16,020 nt of DNA from Oligoflexia bacterium (GCA_043732305.1 JAYTHU010000053.1:1-16020); one strand, 5' to 3'; shown: positions 1-8,297, counted from the stretch's first letter. Numbers and translations: made by a program. The notes: generated by a model not told the origin, from the letters alone.

Positions 1-2
1 GA

Positions 3-584
3 ACCGAGCGGATCTACAGGAAATTAAATTTGCAAATTAAAAACCGCCGGAGAGTCAAGCAGATGGCCGTAACGAGAGTACCTCACAACAAAGCGACCAC
101 GCCGAATGAGATTTGGTCATTTGATTTTGTGTTTGATAAATTTGAAAGTAACCGCAGTTTAAAATGTTTAACGATCGTCGATGATTGTACAAAAAGAAGT
201 CCTGGCCTTCTCGCTGCGTACTCAATTCCAAGTCGCGATATGATTTCATTTTTTGATTCTTTACCAAAGCTTCCGAAAAAACTTCGCTGTGACAATGGAC
301 CAGAAATGAGTTCAAGAGAATTTATGAACTGGGCATTTACGAGAAATATTGCGATAGAATATATTCAGCCGGGAAAGCCGATTCAAAACGCGTTCGTTGA
401 ATCTTTCAACTCAAGATTTAGAGACGAGTGTTTGAACGAAGAATTGTTTCATGATTTAGCTGATGCGAAGAAGAAGATTGAGAAATGGAGAAAGTATTAT
501 AACGAAGAACGACCGCAATCTTCGATTGATATGAAAACTCCGAATGAATTTGAACGAGGATTTAAACTAAACAACGCGGTATGA
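3..584 (+). CDS. IS3-family transposase OrfB (rve/DDE core), 5'-truncated
   Basis: The frame is open from position 3 (TERIYRKLNLQ...). Motifs: WSFDF (D1), LTIVDDCT, RCDNGPE (D2), IQPGKPIQNAFVESFNSRFRDECLN (E), YNEERP. Confidence 0.93.
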   Translation, partial: TERIYRKLNLQIKNRRRVKQMAVTRVPHNKATTPNEIWSFDFVFDKFESNRSLKCLTIVDDCTKRSPGLLAAYSIPSRDMISFFDSLPKLPKKLRCDNGPEMSSREFMNWAFTRNIAIEYIQPGKPIQNAFVESFNSRFRDECLNEELFHDLADAKKKIEKWRKYYNEERPQSSIDMKTPNEFERGFKLNNAV

Positions 585-622
585 CTCATGCTCCGAGTGG
601 CTTAAATTCGGGGGTAACCTCA
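585..622. repeat. Right terminal inverted repeat of the IS3 element
   Basis: Reverse complement begins TGAGGTTACCCCCGAATTTAAGCCAC, fitting the 5'-TG...CA-3' convention. The left IR is outside the window and the inner boundary is approximate. Confidence 0.7.
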
Positions 623-769
623 ATAGACTTTATGATTCATGCAATAAATAAATTAATATATCTGGATCTTTGGCCGCTCGAATGACAACAATAGAAGTCT
701 CGTTGACCAATAAAAATGAAAGATATTCTACAAATGTTGTGGGTAAGTGTATTTTGAAACGGAGGAATT

Positions 770-2428
770 GTGGAAGCAGAAAATAAATCGTTAAATAAAA
801 TTTTTAGTGCCGACTTTGTTTTAAATGTACCAATGTACCAACGGCCATATTCATGGAAGCCGGACAATGCGGAGGCCTTATTAGACGATTTATTGTCTTT
901 TTTGGAGTCTTTTCCCGCGCCAGATAAGAATCAGTATTTTTTAGGCAGCATAGTTTTAGTAAAAAAACAGGAGCCAAATTCGGAAATACTTGATGGTCAG
1001 CAGCGACTAACTACACTTGCAATTCTGATAGCATGCCTAAGAAAAACAATTGACGACGCCAGAATCAAAAGAGAGCTGACTCATTTTCTCTATGAAGAGG
1101 GCAATAGTGTCGTAGGCACAGAAACAAGCTATCGCCTAACCCTGCGTCAGCGCGATCAAGATTTTTTCCAAAAACATATACAAGACATTAATGGGCTAAA
1201 TGACTTAAATAACATCAAACTTAGTAAAGTCTCAGATAGCCAAGAAAATTTATTGGAAAACGCAAAGCTATTCGTTCAAAGACTTGGGAAGTTAAACCAA
1301 GAGGAATTGAAGAGACTGTCTACTTTTGTTCTTACAAGATGTATGCTGGTAGTGGTTTGGACGCCCGATATTGACTCAGCATTTCGCATTTTTTCTGTAC
1401 TAAACACAAGAGGATTGCCTCTTTCGCCAACTGACATAATAAAATCGGATTGCCTTAGCGGTATCGATGAGAAGCACCAGGAAAAGTATAGTAAAAAATG
1501 GGAGGACTTGGAAGAGGCAATGGGAGTGGACTCATTTGCGCAAATTTTTAGCCATATTCGTATGATTGCACGCAAGACCAAGTTGAAAGAGACCTTAATT
1601 AAGGAAATTAATCTGTATGTCCAGCCTCAAAAAAACCCGAAAAAATTTTTTGACGAGACGTTAGAGCCATACGCGGATTTGCTCAATTCAATTACGGGAA
1701 ATGAACTATCAGGATTTGAAAAAAATAAAGTTATCAAAAGAAGCTTAAAGTGGCTGAACGAAGTCGACAATCAAGATTGGATTCCGTCAACACTTCTGTA
1801 TTTTAATAAGAAAACGCGCAGTGAGCATGATAGCGAAAAATTTTTGACGGCTCTCGACCAGCTAGCATCTCTAATGATGATAAGACGCGTGTACGAAAAT
1901 GATCGAATTACTAGGTATGGTAAATTGTTAGATTGGATTGACAGCGACAAATATTTTCTTGCGCCTGATTCGCCGATGCTGGTTTCTCTTGAGGAAATTG
2001 AGAGCGCAAAAAAAATTCTAGATGGAAATATATATCTATTAAATGCCCGAGTGAAAAGATTTTTAATCCTCAGGCTTGACGAGTCGTTGGTAGATATGTC
2101 CGCCTCATATGATTTTGAGAGAATGACAATAGAGCATGTGCTGCCCCAAAATCCTGAACCCAGCTCTCAATGGTGCAAAGATTTTAATGAAGATCAGCGG
2201 AGTCAGTGGACCCATAGGATTGCAAATCTCGTTCCTCTTTCAAAAAAGAAAAATTCTAGCGCCAGTAATTTGGACTTTCCTGATAAGAAGAAGAAGTACA
2301 TAGAAAAAAATAAGTCTGCTTTTGTCCTTGCGCAGCAGGTTATAGATGAATCAACTTGGACGCCAGCCATACTTGAAAAACGTCAACCGGAACTGGTGAA
2401 GAGACTATGTGCTTTGTGGGGCTTGTAG
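770..2428 (+). CDS. GmrSD-family (DUF262 + DUF1524/HNH) type IV modification-dependent restriction endonuclease
   Basis: N-terminal VPMYQRPYSW, FLGSIV, DGQQRLTTL and FSVLNTRGLPLS match DUF262. C-terminal TIEHVLPQ...IANLVPLSKKKNSSASN matches the DUF1524 His-Me finger. GGAGG RBS at 761-765 precedes the GTG start. Confidence 0.9.
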   Translation: MEAENKSLNKIFSADFVLNVPMYQRPYSWKPDNAEALLDDLLSFLESFPAPDKNQYFLGSIVLVKKQEPNSEILDGQQRLTTLAILIACLRKTIDDARIKRELTHFLYEEGNSVVGTETSYRLTLRQRDQDFFQKHIQDINGLNDLNNIKLSKVSDSQENLLENAKLFVQRLGKLNQEELKRLSTFVLTRCMLVVVWTPDIDSAFRIFSVLNTRGLPLSPTDIIKSDCLSGIDEKHQEKYSKKWEDLEEAMGVDSFAQIFSHIRMIARKTKLKETLIKEINLYVQPQKNPKKFFDETLEPYADLLNSITGNELSGFEKNKVIKRSLKWLNEVDNQDWIPSTLLYFNKKTRSEHDSEKFLTALDQLASLMMIRRVYENDRITRYGKLLDWIDSDKYFLAPDSPMLVSLEEIESAKKILDGNIYLLNARVKRFLILRLDESLVDMSASYDFERMTIEHVLPQNPEPSSQWCKDFNEDQRSQWTHRIANLVPLSKKKNSSASNLDFPDKKKKYIEKNKSAFVLAQQVIDESTWTPAILEKRQPELVKRLCALWGL

Positions 2429-2555
2429 GAATTAATAGCTCGCTGACCGATGCTTGATCGAACCCCTAGCAAGGCATACAGAAGCAGGGCCTCTGGTGAG
2501 CGGAACCTAAAGGCATGGGTAAGTTTTGGAACAAATCAGTAAATACAAAAATATC

Positions 2556-2577
2556 GAATTTCTTATTGAAGAAATTC
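2556..2577. repeat. Perfect 9-bp inverted repeat between convergent genes (possible weak terminator or operator)
   Basis: GAATTTCTT-ATTG-AAGAAATTC. Confidence 0.45.
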
Positions 2578-2601
2578 TCTGATAATCCCGCGAGACCTGA
2601 T

Positions 2602-2787
2602 TTAAAAATCTAACTTCCCACCAGTCATTTTCTGAGTAGCAGGCTCTAGCCTTCCTAAGCCTTGAGCGGCCTTTTCAAAAGCAGCATGTCGACTCCAATC
2701 CAATACCTGATGAAGGGTGTATCTGCCACCAAGCCCAATCAGTGCCACAGAAACCAAGGTCAAAACACCATCAATTATTTTTTCCAT
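2602..2787 (-). CDS. Small hypothetical membrane-associated protein (61 aa)
   Basis: Strong RBS (TAAGGAG) 6 nt upstream of the ATG. N-terminal hydrophobic helix IIDGVLTLVSVALIGLGG. Confidence 0.75.
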   Translation of the reverse strand: MEKIIDGVLTLVSVALIGLGGRYTLHQVLDWSRHAAFEKAAQGLGRLEPATQKMTGGKLDF

Positions 2788-2893
2788 AGAGATCTCCTTA
2801 GAAGTTGAGGTTCAAAATTTGTTTCAGTAAGCGACTATCGCCAACTGAAATTCAAAATAGTGCCTGAGTCGCTCTACGGATTTGGTTTGACGA

Positions 2894-2923
2894 TGTTACC
2901 AGCGTGTTACCAAAAAGTTACCT
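2894..2923. repeat. Three direct repeats of (T/A)GTTACC at 11-bp period; candidate integrase arm-type sites
   Basis: TGTTACCA at 2894, TGTTACCA at 2905, AGTTACCT at 2916, about 125-150 bp from the tRNA 3' end. Confidence 0.6.
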
Positions 2924-2937
2924 TCAGATGAAATTTC

Positions 2938-2960
2938 ACGACATTTCTAAGAAATGTCGT
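2938..2960. repeat. Perfect 11-bp inverted repeat with a 1-nt centre
   Basis: ACGACATTTCT-A-AGAAATGTCGT. Confidence 0.6.
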
Positions 2961-3046
2961 CCAAGCTTTTCCGGTTCATTGTTTATTTAATAAGATTTGA
3001 GGTTCATTGGGTTTTTTGGATCTTGTCAATTTTCTGGGTAGAAAAT

Positions 3047-3124
3047 TGGTCGGGGTGATTGGATTCGAACCAACGACCCTCTGCTCCCAAAGCAGATGCG
3101 CTAGCCAGGCTGCGCTACACCCCG
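3047..3124 (-). tRNA. tRNA-Pro (anticodon TGG)
   Basis: Reverse complement CGGGGTGTAGCGCAGCCTGGCTAGCGCATCTGCTTTGGGAGCAGAGGGTCGTTGGTTCGAATCCAATCACCCCGACCA has acceptor stem CGGGGTG/CACCCCG, anticodon arm TCTGC-TTTGGGA-GCAGA, a GTTCGAATC T-loop and an encoded CCA. Confidence 0.98.
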
Positions 3125-3146
3125 ACGGATGACTGGCAAGCTCCGG

Positions 3147-3175
3147 ATGTTATGGTTTTCAATAAGCTAAGTCAA
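3147..3175 (-). promoter_or_regulatory. Sigma70-type promoter of tRNA-Pro
   Basis: Minus strand TTGACT-17 nt-TAACAT followed by a GC-rich discriminator (CCGGAGC), as expected for stable-RNA promoters. Confidence 0.7.
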
Positions 3176-3219
3176 TGAACTTACTGATGAGCTACGAGAT
3201 TACCATGTAAAAAAATGTG

Positions 3220-3249
3220 TTGCTTTTGTAAAGAAGACATAAATAACAT
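3220..3249 (+). promoter_or_regulatory. Possible sigma70 promoter for the outer-membrane barrel gene
   Basis: TTGCTT-18 nt-TAACAT preceded by an A-rich tract. Confidence 0.4.
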
Positions 3250-3321
3250 ATGGCATAGATATATTGTAGTTCGGCAAGAATAGGTACAACGGTATTTAAT
3301 CAACCAATAGGAGAGAACAGA

Positions 3322-4737
3322 ATGAAGAGACTACTAGCATTAGCTACAGTAGCTTTGGCTTCCACTGCAGGTTTTGCTGCTGACAAAGGTACTGAATTTA
3401 AGTTCGGTGGTGAAATTCGTCAAGAATTCATCATGGACAACAACGTGAATTTCAGCAGCAGTAACGCCGGAAACGTCAGTAACTGGCTTCAAAAGAACCA
3501 GTTTCATATCAACGCGGTATCAAGCGATAAGCTTCAAGCTTATTTCAATTTGGTTCACGCTGCTGTCTGGGGTTCCGCTGGTTATAACGGAAACACGAAC
3601 GCTTATTCTACTTCCGGTAGCGGCGTTCCTACCACTGCTGCTGCTGCTCAAAACAACAGTTTTGAAATCGGTGAAGCTTGGATGTGGTGGAAAGTCTCCG
3701 ACAATTTCACCATCCGCACTGGTCGTCAAGGTTTGACCTTCGGCGAAGGTTTCGTTGCTTCACGCAATGATGATCTTCCTCTTCCTTATTTCATCGATGG
3801 TATCATGGCTCGTTGGAGCTTCGATTTCATGGATGCTGATTTCGGTGGAGCTAAAATGGCTGACTTCGGTTACGGCAATCCAAACTTGGCCGCTCTCGGC
3901 GGTGCTGGATCCGATTCTGATATCAACATTTATGGTATCAACTTAGGCTTCAAGAGCCTTCCTGAAATTTTCAAAAAATTAGACGTGTTCTTTATCGCTG
4001 TGAATGGTGATGCTTCAACTGGAATGGCAAGTGCTTTAGGTGCTCCTCAGGATCTCGCGATTCCCGGAATGACTGGCGCGGGCGCTTGGAATCTTATGAC
4101 CTACGGTCTGTTCACCAAAATGGAACAGTGGAACTTTGATTTAGATGTGAATGCTGCTCTCCAATCTGGAAAACAAAAAGGTGTACTTGGCGCAACTGAT
4201 ACCACTTTTGGTGGTAACGCTTTCGACGTTCGTTTGGGATACTCCTTTCCTGAATTCATGAAGGGTCATGTGTTTGTTGGTTATCACTCCGATAGCGGTT
4301 TCGACAACTCTCAGTCTGGTACCAACAATGGTTATCAGCCTTTGTTTTATGACGTCATGAAATACAGTGCTGCTGGAATCTGGGGCATGGGCAATTTGAC
4401 CGATATGGTCGCTGGAGTTTCTTTGAATCCCGGTGAAGATACAATGGTTGGAGTGGATTTAGATATCGCTACTCGCACAACTACAAATGGAACTGCTGCC
4501 CAAGGCGTTATCTCTAACGCTTACGGTAACTATTTCCAGCCTGTAAATGCTGCTGGAACTGATAAGTCTTTGGGAACTGTTGTTGCAGTGTGGGCAAAAG
4601 AAAATTACGGTCATGGTTTCAACATCATGGCTAACGTAGAATTCATTTCCTTAGGCAACTACTACAAACCTTCTACTGCTACCAACGTTGGTTCAAGCGG
4701 TCTTGGTTTGAACATCAAAGGCACCTACAGCTTTTAA
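3322..4737 (+). CDS. Outer-membrane beta-barrel protein, alginate export (AlgE)-like
   Basis: Signal peptide MKRLLALATVALASTAGFA, amphipathic strands, EAWMWW, TGRQGLTFGEG...FIDG, YQPLF...GMGNLTD, and C-terminal BAM signal GTYSF. AGGAG RBS. Codons are strongly biased (GCT/GGT/TTC/AAC). Confidence 0.8.
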   Translation: MKRLLALATVALASTAGFAADKGTEFKFGGEIRQEFIMDNNVNFSSSNAGNVSNWLQKNQFHINAVSSDKLQAYFNLVHAAVWGSAGYNGNTNAYSTSGSGVPTTAAAAQNNSFEIGEAWMWWKVSDNFTIRTGRQGLTFGEGFVASRNDDLPLPYFIDGIMARWSFDFMDADFGGAKMADFGYGNPNLAALGGAGSDSDINIYGINLGFKSLPEIFKKLDVFFIAVNGDASTGMASALGAPQDLAIPGMTGAGAWNLMTYGLFTKMEQWNFDLDVNAALQSGKQKGVLGATDTTFGGNAFDVRLGYSFPEFMKGHVFVGYHSDSGFDNSQSGTNNGYQPLFYDVMKYSAAGIWGMGNLTDMVAGVSLNPGEDTMVGVDLDIATRTTTNGTAAQGVISNAYGNYFQPVNAAGTDKSLGTVVAVWAKENYGHGFNIMANVEFISLGNYYKPSTATNVGSSGLGLNIKGTYSF

Positions 4738-4789
4738 TTAAAAGCTGTTGATGCGAGCGCTTAAAATTTAGTTTTTAGGTGTTTCAAAG

Positions 4790-4824
4790 AAAACCCAAAG
4801 TCGAAAGGCTTTGGGTTTTTTTTT
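4790..4824. terminator. Rho-independent, probably bidirectional terminator
   Basis: AAAACCCAAAGTC-GAAA-GGCTTTGGGTTTTTTTTT between convergent genes, with a GNRA loop and a long T-tract. Confidence 0.9.
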
Positions 4825-6082
4825 AATTTCCTGAATCACTTCGTCCATTGGAAACCTGTGCGGTCGAAACTCCGAGTGAAAAATTACTCGTGTTGAATTT
4901 CAAAACATTTTTCAAATAAGACATCTGTTGAGTGGCACTGTAGCTAGCATTGACAGTGACCGTTGTATTGTCTGCCGGACGAGTCACAAATGTGATCACG
5001 TTACTGCCTGAGTTCCAGGTCCAAGGAACTGAATTTGTCGCAGGCGAGAATGTCACAGTGGGTTGACTCGAAGGAACGTAATTCAACACCATGGTATTCG
5101 TTGTAGGAAGATGTTGGATGGCCTGACTGACGTTGGTGATCATGTTGGCGTAACTGCCATCATTGTTGTTACAGATGTTCCCGACCGTACTGTTATTCTG
5201 CGCGAGTGTTGAAAGGTCAGAGTAAGTGTTTCCATAATGAGCTGTGTAGTAAGGGCCTTGGGCAGCTTGTATGGCTAGGCAAGATGTGTCTCCGGGCTTA
5301 ATAATAATTGAATTCACTAGTAACGATTTTTTTCCACCGAAGGTTTTATCCACATTGTTCATGAGAGTGACAGGCAAATCATTTTGCTCTAAGGGAACAT
5401 AGCCGGCATCACAAACGCTAGGTTGATTGGGATTTGGTGGCGCGCAGTTTCCGCCAGTGGAGCGTTCGTCTTCATCGGATAAAATCACAATCGCTAATTC
5501 ACTGTTGTCCCGAAAGAATGCTTTATTGTTTGCTGAGATGGCGTCGTTAACGGCGTAAATTGCGCGTTCGTCGCCAGAGCCAACTTCGTTTCCGCGTTGA
5601 ATGATGGTTGAGAAAACGGAAGCTGCGTTAGGGGTGGCAGAATTTAAAATATTATTTCCATAAGAAGGTTGTCCTCCACTTCCATCAGTGGGACCGACAA
5701 ATTGTCCTTGAGCTCCAGTGATTCCATTGGGCGTCCAGCAATTTCCACCGCCAATAGGGCAGACGTCGGTGTTGGTAACAGCCACTTGCCAGTCTAATCC
5801 GCTATTCATTAAGTTACTGATGAAGCCGTTGAATGGTGAGGCGAGGCTTGCTTGCTCTTGAGTCATAGAACCAGAGTTGTCATCGACCACTAAAATATCC
5901 ACGCGGCGGGTGGTTGAGAAAGTCAGGCTTTGCGAGAAGTTATAAAGTCCGTTTGCTTGGAGGCAGGGTGTACTTGCGGTACAGCTTTTAGGATTTTGCG
6001 TGAAGCTGACGGAATTGCATCCGACTGACCCAGCTAACGCTAGAAAACTTAGACCTACAATTGTTAGAAATTTGGTTTTCAT
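4823..6082 (-). CDS. vWA (MIDAS) domain lipoprotein
   Basis: Likely start at 6082 (GAGG RBS) rather than 6112. Signal peptide with lipobox MKTKFLTIVGLSFLALAGSVG-C. MIDAS motif VDILVVDDNSGSM and later AIVILSDEDE. Multiple Cys and a beta-rich C-terminal domain. Confidence 0.82.
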   Translation of the reverse strand: MKTKFLTIVGLSFLALAGSVGCNSVSFTQNPKSCTASTPCLQANGLYNFSQSLTFSTTRRVDILVVDDNSGSMTQEQASLASPFNGFISNLMNSGLDWQVAVTNTDVCPIGGGNCWTPNGITGAQGQFVGPTDGSGGQPSYGNNILNSATPNAASVFSTIIQRGNEVGSGDERAIYAVNDAISANNKAFFRDNSELAIVILSDEDERSTGGNCAPPNPNQPSVCDAGYVPLEQNDLPVTLMNNVDKTFGGKKSLLVNSIIIKPGDTSCLAIQAAQGPYYTAHYGNTYSDLSTLAQNNSTVGNICNNNDGSYANMITNVSQAIQHLPTTNTMVLNYVPSSQPTVTFSPATNSVPWTWNSGSNVITFVTRPADNTTVTVNASYSATQQMSYLKNVLKFNTSNFSLGVSTAQVSNGRSDSGN

Positions 6083-6341
6083 ATCCATCCTCTTGAAATG
6101 TAAGAAATACAATGAATGTGCCCGCTTTGATAACGTTGCAAATAGTTGATATATTTATGGTTTATTTGGGAACTCGATAATGCATACCGTCTAACACTTG
6201 GACAGTTTAAGGAAGCGGTGCATCTAAAATAATAATGATTTCGCGGGTTTGAATCTAGTACACTTGTGTAAATGAGACTTGCCCTTTTGCAGTCGTTCAG
6301 GCCCAAGGACATAACTTATTGAAATTATGAAACTTTAAGCT

Positions 6342-6803
6342 ATGAAAGCGACGGTAAGAATCTCAACCAGCAGAGTTCAGGTGCTCAAAATTGTCCTTGT
6401 GGCAATCTTTGTGTGGATCGTTTGGGGAGTAAGTTTCGGGCAATTTTTCGACCCCTGGATACTTACCCCAGATGCACGTTTTGCAAAGAAATGGTGTCGC
6501 GATTTTAAAAACCTATCCGACTCCCATCACCTGCCAGCGGGATTTGACAAAATAAAGGATATAGAATTCACAGTAACAAATGATCATCTTCGTGAAATTA
6601 TCGCTTCCGAAAAAATCCCGGGGTTTAAAAAGTTAGCGCAAGAAAATCGTGCTAACTCGTTAGTGAGTCAAAAAGGATTCATTCTCCAAGTGTTTCTAGA
6701 TCAGATGGAAGACGGAGGAATCATGATTCAGTATGACCTGATCGATGACAACGGAAACACTATTTGGGAACTAGGAAGAAGTTTATTTCCTGATAAGTTC
6801 TAA
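6342..6803 (+). CDS. Hypothetical protein with an N-terminal transmembrane helix
   Basis: 153-aa ORF with hydrophobic segment [16 protein letters not shown]. It fills the gap and overlaps the folE 3' end by 21 bp. Confidence 0.7.
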   Translation: MKATVRISTSRVQVLKIVLVAIFVWIVWGVSFGQFFDPWILTPDARFAKKWCRDFKNLSDSHHLPAGFDKIKDIEFTVTNDHLREIIASEKIPGFKKLAQENRANSLVSQKGFILQVFLDQMEDGGIMIQYDLIDDNGNTIWELGRSLFPDKF

Positions 6804-7346
6804 GAATTCTTTTCTGGTTGCCCCATCATCACGGAAATCTCCAAGCATTGCGCTTGTCATCATAGATGAATTTTGTTTCTCCACTCCCCTCATCATCATG
6901 CAGAGATGTTTAGCTTCAATCACCACGCCGACTCCGCGAGGTTGCAAAATCTTGTTCAGTGTTTCTGCTATTTCAGTGGTCAAGCGCTCTTGAACTTGCA
7001 ATCGCCTTGCAAAAACATCCACTAATCTTGCAATTTTGCTTAACCCTACAATTTTTCCATTAGGGATGTAAGCGATGTGCGCCTTTCCAAAAAACGGCAA
7101 CATATGGTGTTCACACATGCTGTAAAGCTCAATATCTTTTACAATCACCATCTGATCATACTGTTCATTGAAGATAGCCTTCTTCAAAACTTCTTCAGGA
7201 TCAACTTGATAGCCCTGTGTGAGAAACTGTAGTGCTTTAGCATAACGCAAAGGTGTTTTTTCTAAACCCTCGCGCTTAGGATCTTCACCTAAATCGGAGA
7301 TGATTGAACGCACGCTATCGGCAATTTTATTTTCTTTTTCTGGCAT
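6783..7346 (-). CDS. folE: GTP cyclohydrolase I
   Basis: [57 protein letters not shown]. Confidence 0.98.
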   Translation of the reverse strand: MPEKENKIADSVRSIISDLGEDPKREGLEKTPLRYAKALQFLTQGYQVDPEEVLKKAIFNEQYDQMVIVKDIELYSMCEHHMLPFFGKAHIAYIPNGKIVGLSKIARLVDVFARRLQVQERLTTEIAETLNKILQPRGVGVVIEAKHLCMMMRGVEKQNSSMMTSAMLGDFRDDGATRKEFLELIRK

Positions 7347-7421
7347 TGAAAACCTCTGTAGGGAAAGCTATTGTTCCTTGTGATTTGTTGCGATTTATAA
7401 CAGCTACCATTGAGGTGCGCC

Positions 7422-8297
7422 ATGAAAATCGGTCCTTATGAAGCCAAGTCCATTCTCACAGGATCTTTTGCCTTAGATGGTGGGGCTATGTTCGGAACTG
7501 TGCCCAAGGTTTTGTGGAATAAAACCAATCCCGCTGACGAGCTCAATCGCATCGCGATGGAAGCGCGGTGCCTACTGTTGATTTCAAAAAATCATAAAAT
7601 TTTGGTGGATGCAGGACTGGGTGAAACTTTACCGGAAAAGTATGGAGAGAAATTCGCGCAAAAGTTTGTCGACATGTACAAGCTCGATCAGACAGAAAAT
7701 TCTCTCACAACAAGTCTCAATCTTCACGGATTGAATGTCACTGACATCACGGATGTGATTCTGACTCATCTGCACTTTGATCATGCCGGTGGTGCGACTG
7801 TCTGGAGAGACGGGAAATTGCAACCCACATTTCCAAATGCCCAGTATTACATTCAAAAGAAAAATCTAGAAACTGCGCAGACACCAAACCTTCGGGAAAA
7901 AGCGAGTTACTTCAAGCAAAACTATGAAGCCCTTATAGAAGTGGGTGTTCTAAAAATTATCGATGGAAACGTTGATGATTTATTGCCGGGCGTAGATGTG
8001 TTTGTGAGTAATGGTCACACCATTGGTCAGCAATTGGTGCGCGTGCGTGGGGATGTTCTTTCTGAAACATTAATTTACGGCGGGGATATTATTGCGACGA
8101 GCTCCCACATACGCGGGCCGTTTGTGATGGGGTATGATCTCAATCCATTACTAGTCATAGAAGAAAAAGCACAAATTTTGGAAGAGCTGGCTCACAAAAA
8201 TGGCATGATTTTTTTCGAACATGATCCATTTATGGAAGCTGCGCGAGTTTCAAAAGTTGAAAAAGATTTCGCATTCAAAGAAAAAGTAAGTTTGTGA
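7422..8297 (+). CDS. Metallo-beta-lactamase-fold hydrolase (YtnP/lactonase-like)
   Basis: FALDGGAMFGTVPK, THLHFDHAGG (HxHxDH), GHTIGQQ, GGD, MGYD, FEHDP. GAGGTG RBS supports the ATG at 7422. Confidence 0.92.
   Translation: MKIGPYEAKSILTGSFALDGGAMFGTVPKVLWNKTNPADELNRIAMEARCLLLISKNHKILVDAGLGETLPEKYGEKFAQKFVDMYKLDQTENSLTTSLNLHGLNVTDITDVILTHLHFDHAGGATVWRDGKLQPTFPNAQYYIQKKNLETAQTPNLREKASYFKQNYEALIEVGVLKIIDGNVDDLLPGVDVFVSNGHTIGQQLVRVRGDVLSETLIYGGDIIATSSHIRGPFVMGYDLNPLLVIEEKAQILEELAHKNGMIFFEHDPFMEAARVSKVEKDFAFKEKVSL

Larger units (their letters stand above)
1..622 (+). mobile_element. IS3-family insertion sequence, 3' part (truncated by window start)
   Basis: An OrfB integrase-core ORF is followed by a typical IS3-like right end ...GTGGCTTAAATTCGGGGGTAACCTCA, ending in CA at 621-622. 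Confidence 0.88.

Noticed and set aside
55..315. Minus-strand ORFs of 86 and 70 aa
   Set aside because: They are antisense shadows of the IS3 transposase.
703..729. TTGACC...TATTCT as a promoter for the GmrSD-like gene
   Set aside because: The spacer is only 15 nt in AT-rich DNA, too weak to call.
637..1581. Minus-strand ORFs 637-867 and 1276-1581
   Set aside because: They overlap the GmrSD-like gene antisense and have no recognisable motifs.
2429..2600. Possible integron attC site or short ORF after the GmrSD-like gene
   Set aside because: No paired RYYYAAC/GTTRRRY boxes with a long stem, and only a ~30-codon ORF without a clear RBS.
2827..2833. GTAAGCG resembling an IS66 end
   Set aside because: Similarity to the IR at 15896 does not extend convincingly and no transposase is nearby.
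2556..3047. Shared TTTCT...AGAAA core in three palindromes (2556, 2938, 3028) as one operator family
   Set aside because: Half-site spacings differ (6, 1 and 4 nt) and the motif is AT-rich, so this is probably coincidental.
3251..3267. TGGCAT...TTGT as a sigma54 promoter
   Set aside because: It does not satisfy GG-N10-GC spacing.
6079..6312. 77-aa minus-strand ORF
   Set aside because: It lies in the divergent intergenic region with no recognisable features and is probably spurious.
6783..7346. folE as part of a 7-deazaguanine (dpd) DNA-modification system linked to the GmrSD-like gene
   Set aside because: No queC/D/E or dpdA in the window, and folE lies outside the island in a housekeeping-like context.
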